Origin: Amoebidium appalachense
Lineage: Eukaryota; Protista; Ichthyosporea
Length of the DNA: 64,000 bases
Assembly (NCBI GenBank): GCA_963693365.1
Contig: CAVNZM010000001.1
Span: forward strand, 8,572,907 to 8,636,906
Reading direction: 5' to 3'
Positions within the stretch are counted from its first letter, which is position 1. Each line of letters opens with the position of its first letter. A program made the translations under genes and the position numbers. The notes below the pieces were generated by a model. That model was not told the DNA's origin. It saw only the letters and a program-made list of their open reading frames with translations, and ran no database searches. This document shows positions 54,748 through 64,000 of this stretch, piece after piece.

Positions 54748-56211
54748 GCAAACACCATCTGACTCAGGGAGCGAAAGTAAGGAATAGTTAGGTTTTGATG
54801 ATATGAAACGAATACGGCAGGAGGGAATTATAGGTGAAGGATTGGTTGTTTACTAGATCTAGAGGGTATGATGTGTTTAGCAACTTGGCAGCAATTATGA
54901 AAGACGAATTAGGATTCCAGTTACTGCTATTGAACGATATCAGTATGGTGGTTATTTTAGATATGTAGTAATTCTCAGAGTCGTTGCCCGACGTGACCCT
55001 CACATGCACACCCAGTTTTTTGTCTTCTATACATACTTGTCAGTATAACGATCAGGAGTTAGTTTCAGTTTCCTATTGCAAACGTATGTTTGTGGTAGCT
55101 ACTACAGGGAGTCTTTTTGGTGAAAACTATTACAGCGAATAATGCCGGAGCTTAGAAGCGAGGTGATGCTGTTGGCTTTGTGCCTTCGAGCTATATTTGT
55201 TATAGGTGATGTTCAGCTCAGAAGTTCCAAACGTCATTAACTTTGTGATTTGCAAGACGTTCAGTTCAGTAAAAACGCACGGTGCTGCTGGCCAGCACTG
55301 GGCCCAAAGACTTTCGTACTAGTACTTGTTTTTGGCCTTTGTGAAATATACTGAGGCATGTTTATGGTACCCGGTGTTGAATATCGTGGTGTATACTGGC
55401 CAACTAATTTTTTTGTAGTGTAGTGGGTGTGTACGTGGCTCCGAGCACAAATAAGGAGCCGTAAATACGCGCACGGACGATCGATTTCAACCGTAGGTGT
55501 TAACACTATGATAAAGCCGTTAAAAGCTCTGCTCAGTTTCCAACTTGGGCCACTAAAAACGTAGCATTCTTGTGCATGATAATCATGAAACGTTTCTTGA
55601 ACAGCAGGGTTAACGATTCTCGTCTATATGCTGTGCGGCAGCGGGGCGGGGTGCTTCTCCAACCAGTAAAAGAACAAACAGGACAATTTCAGCCAGAGGA
55701 CATGGTGTTTGTATTCGTAGCAGCCAGCAATTGGTGTTGCAAACGGTTTGGCCGTTCAAATTGCAATTGCCTGAAAACTTTGTGTACAAAACGTTTCCAC
55801 CTTTTACGATTATTCTCGTGCCCTAAGTATACGTCCCTTCCAACGCATGGTTTTGTACGTTAATTCGTTTTTTGTTTCGTTTGAAAACCGAACGTAGCCG
55901 CCGCCGACGTTAGATTTGTAGTACTATAGATCTCAATCTTATAAGATCGCAAGCCACGTGCCTGACGATGTGTCTGAATCAATATACTTGATCGCAAACT
56001 CTTGGGTAAATTGGTATCAGTTTTAGGTGTTCATGTTTTCAATCATCCAAAACAAAAACCTCAGTAAGTGAGTTAGCACAGTTGAGCAGAAAGAGCTTTG
56101 TGCCGTGCAGTTTGTTATGACTCGGCGATATAATAGTGAAGTAGGAAACGTTTCCATCTTTTACGGTTATTCTCGTGCCCCTACGTCCCTTCCCTTCAGT
56201 AAACGGCAAAC

Positions 56212-57273
<1,062 letters not shown>

Positions 57274-57529
57274 TTCGTTTAAATACGTTTTGTTCTTATT
57301 TTTTCAAGTCATATCTAATGTCGGGGGGGGGGGGGGGGGGGGGGGGGGTTTTGGGGGGGGGGGGGGGGGGGGGGGTTACGCTGTTTAGTCGAGGCACAGA
57401 GACTGGCCAGTTTTGGGTATGATGGGGGGGGTTTTGCTCGGTATATACCCACTTGAGCAGCGTAATATCAGGATCAGGTACATGGAGGTCGGGCGATGAT
57501 TGTGTACTGCAGGGAAGCGGCAGCGGCGG

Positions 57530-57573
<44 letters not shown>

Positions 57574-58200
57574 GTGTTCAAATTTGAATTTAATTATTTA
57601 TCTATTCTTTTTGGGGGGTTTGGGTGTGTGTGTGGGGGGGGGGGGGGGGGGGGGCGGGGAGGCATGCACAGCTTTACGGATTGTGATACGCGATTAAATA
57701 AGAGCGCTGGTTTGATTATAGATGGAGATGAATAGCGTGCTTATCATCGTGTGGTATATAAGCAGCGTGTAACCTTAAGTCACTAGACTCGTGCTTCACG
57801 GATGCTGATCATGAGAACCAGACACACTTATTCAAGCTAGCTAGATCTATATAGAGTTGCAATGAATGGGAACAAGCCATGAAACGAAATAAAATTGAAG
57901 CCACACACACCAGTATACGACTACGTTACCATTAAAACAGGCACAAAGAATTAATATGTTGTTTGTATGATCATGCATGCATATCATTCACCAAGAGTGG
58001 CCGGTGGTGCATGCATGCAACACGCGGCGCCCTTTCCCCCCCCCCCCCCCCCCCCCCCGTGTGGAGATCGCTTTACTTCCATGCAACCGGGCATGGTTGC
58101 TCTGTGTCGTTCATATGCATCTGTACGCACATTCGCATTTTTTGCTGCACTGCATTAGTTTGCACACACATCTTCTCCGTTTTGCTCACCTTGCTTGCAC

Positions 58201-58365
58201 AAGCAACCCTAGCGCTTTTCTTTGATCAAGACGGGTTGACCCTCCCAAGTTCAGTTGATGCAGTTGTCTGAGTTGGAGCGTCGTATATACGCGGGCTAAG
58301 GGTTCGAAACTCAGACGCAAATTGATGACTTCAGCCCTTCCTGAGGATGGGCTCTGCTTATGACG
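58201..58365 (+). ncRNA. Third sequence variant of the hammerhead-like RNA motif
   Basis: Helix GTCTGAGT/ACTCAGAC, GAAA at 58306 and CTGAGGA at 58341, followed by TGGGCTCTGCTTA. Confidence 0.7.
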
Positions 58366-58591
58366 CATGCTGTGCGCATCCATGGCTGATGTTGCATACA
58401 TACTTGAATGTTTCAGGCTTTGCATGTGTCCTGCACCATGCTTCTCGTCGTATATGCGCACTTCGTACCGTGTTCCGCACTCAACCCCCCCCCCCATCCC
58501 ACCACGTACGTACCACCACCACCACCACCACCACCAGCACCACAACTACTATCACTGATGGTAATGGGCTCTGTTTCAGTGACTTCGACCC

Positions 58592-58676
<85 letters not shown>

Positions 58677-59349
58677 CTTCAGTTCCCCACGGGCACACAC
58701 GGCCCCACAGACAACACAAAAGAAAAATATTAATTGAGAGACCCGTGCACCTGCGTGCGTGATAAAACGAAGTTTCTCTCATGCAGGATGCTCTTAGACT
58801 ACCGCCTTTGCCTTTTATTGATGACGAAAAGCTCATTTTGATGCAAGAGTATGTTTTGCCATATATATCTTATATCACTCACTACATGCGCTTATTTCTA
58901 GTTCTAATCATCGAATATATTCGCACGTTCTTGTTTGCATGTTTACCAACCATCAGCTATATATTAAAGCAGCATTCGTTTTACAAGTTCGCATCTCCCT
59001 CTATAGGTATTCATAAGACCACTGATATCACCATTCCATGGACACTAATTTGAATAATACGTAGCATGCTATGTGAGGTCAATTTTCCCGTGCTGCTTAA
59101 ATTTCACTTCACACATTCTTATGTGCTTGCCTGCCGACCATACGTCTATGCAGCCTTAACATTCGCCTTACAAGATCAAAACTACCGCCATATATGTTCT
59201 TTCTCCTTCTTTTCTCTTTTCTTTTCCTCCCAACCTCCCCTACCCCTTCCCTTTCCACACCTGCCGCATCCCCACCCCCCACCTCCACCCCATCCGGTGG
59301 CGTGTTTTCCTGCCCCTCCCCCCTCACCCAAATTTGGTTTGGTTGGTTG

Positions 59350-64000
<4,651 letters not shown>

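Overview
This is eukaryotic, intron-rich DNA saturated with (CA)n, (GA)n and poly-C/G tracts, so most ORF-track entries are microsatellite artefacts. The gene content suggests a unicellular holozoan such as an ichthyosporean, but that is inference. Host genes I could reconstruct exon by exon are ribose-5-phosphate isomerase (-, 6 exons), the divergently transcribed proteasome ATPase RPT1/PSMC2 (+, 12 coding exons), a CREBZF-like bZIP factor, a small C9orf16/BBLN-like coiled-coil gene and the 3' part of a DCLRE1/SNM1-family nuclease. Mobile DNA includes an intron-containing Ginger/TDD-type transposon with long TIRs, a decayed ISL2EU/Harbinger-type transposase, a MITE and a Penelope-like RT fragment. 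Two features stand out. (1) A Ty1/copia insertion (14960-24371) has a single 5-bp TSD but four LTRs of two unrelated types in reciprocal arrangement: B-gag/pol-A on the minus strand and A-spacer-B on the plus strand, joined head to head. Each unit has its own PBS and PPT. (2) A multicopy, covarying structured RNA associated with the Penelope-like element carries all three hammerhead core strands, but in an order that matches none of types I, II or III.
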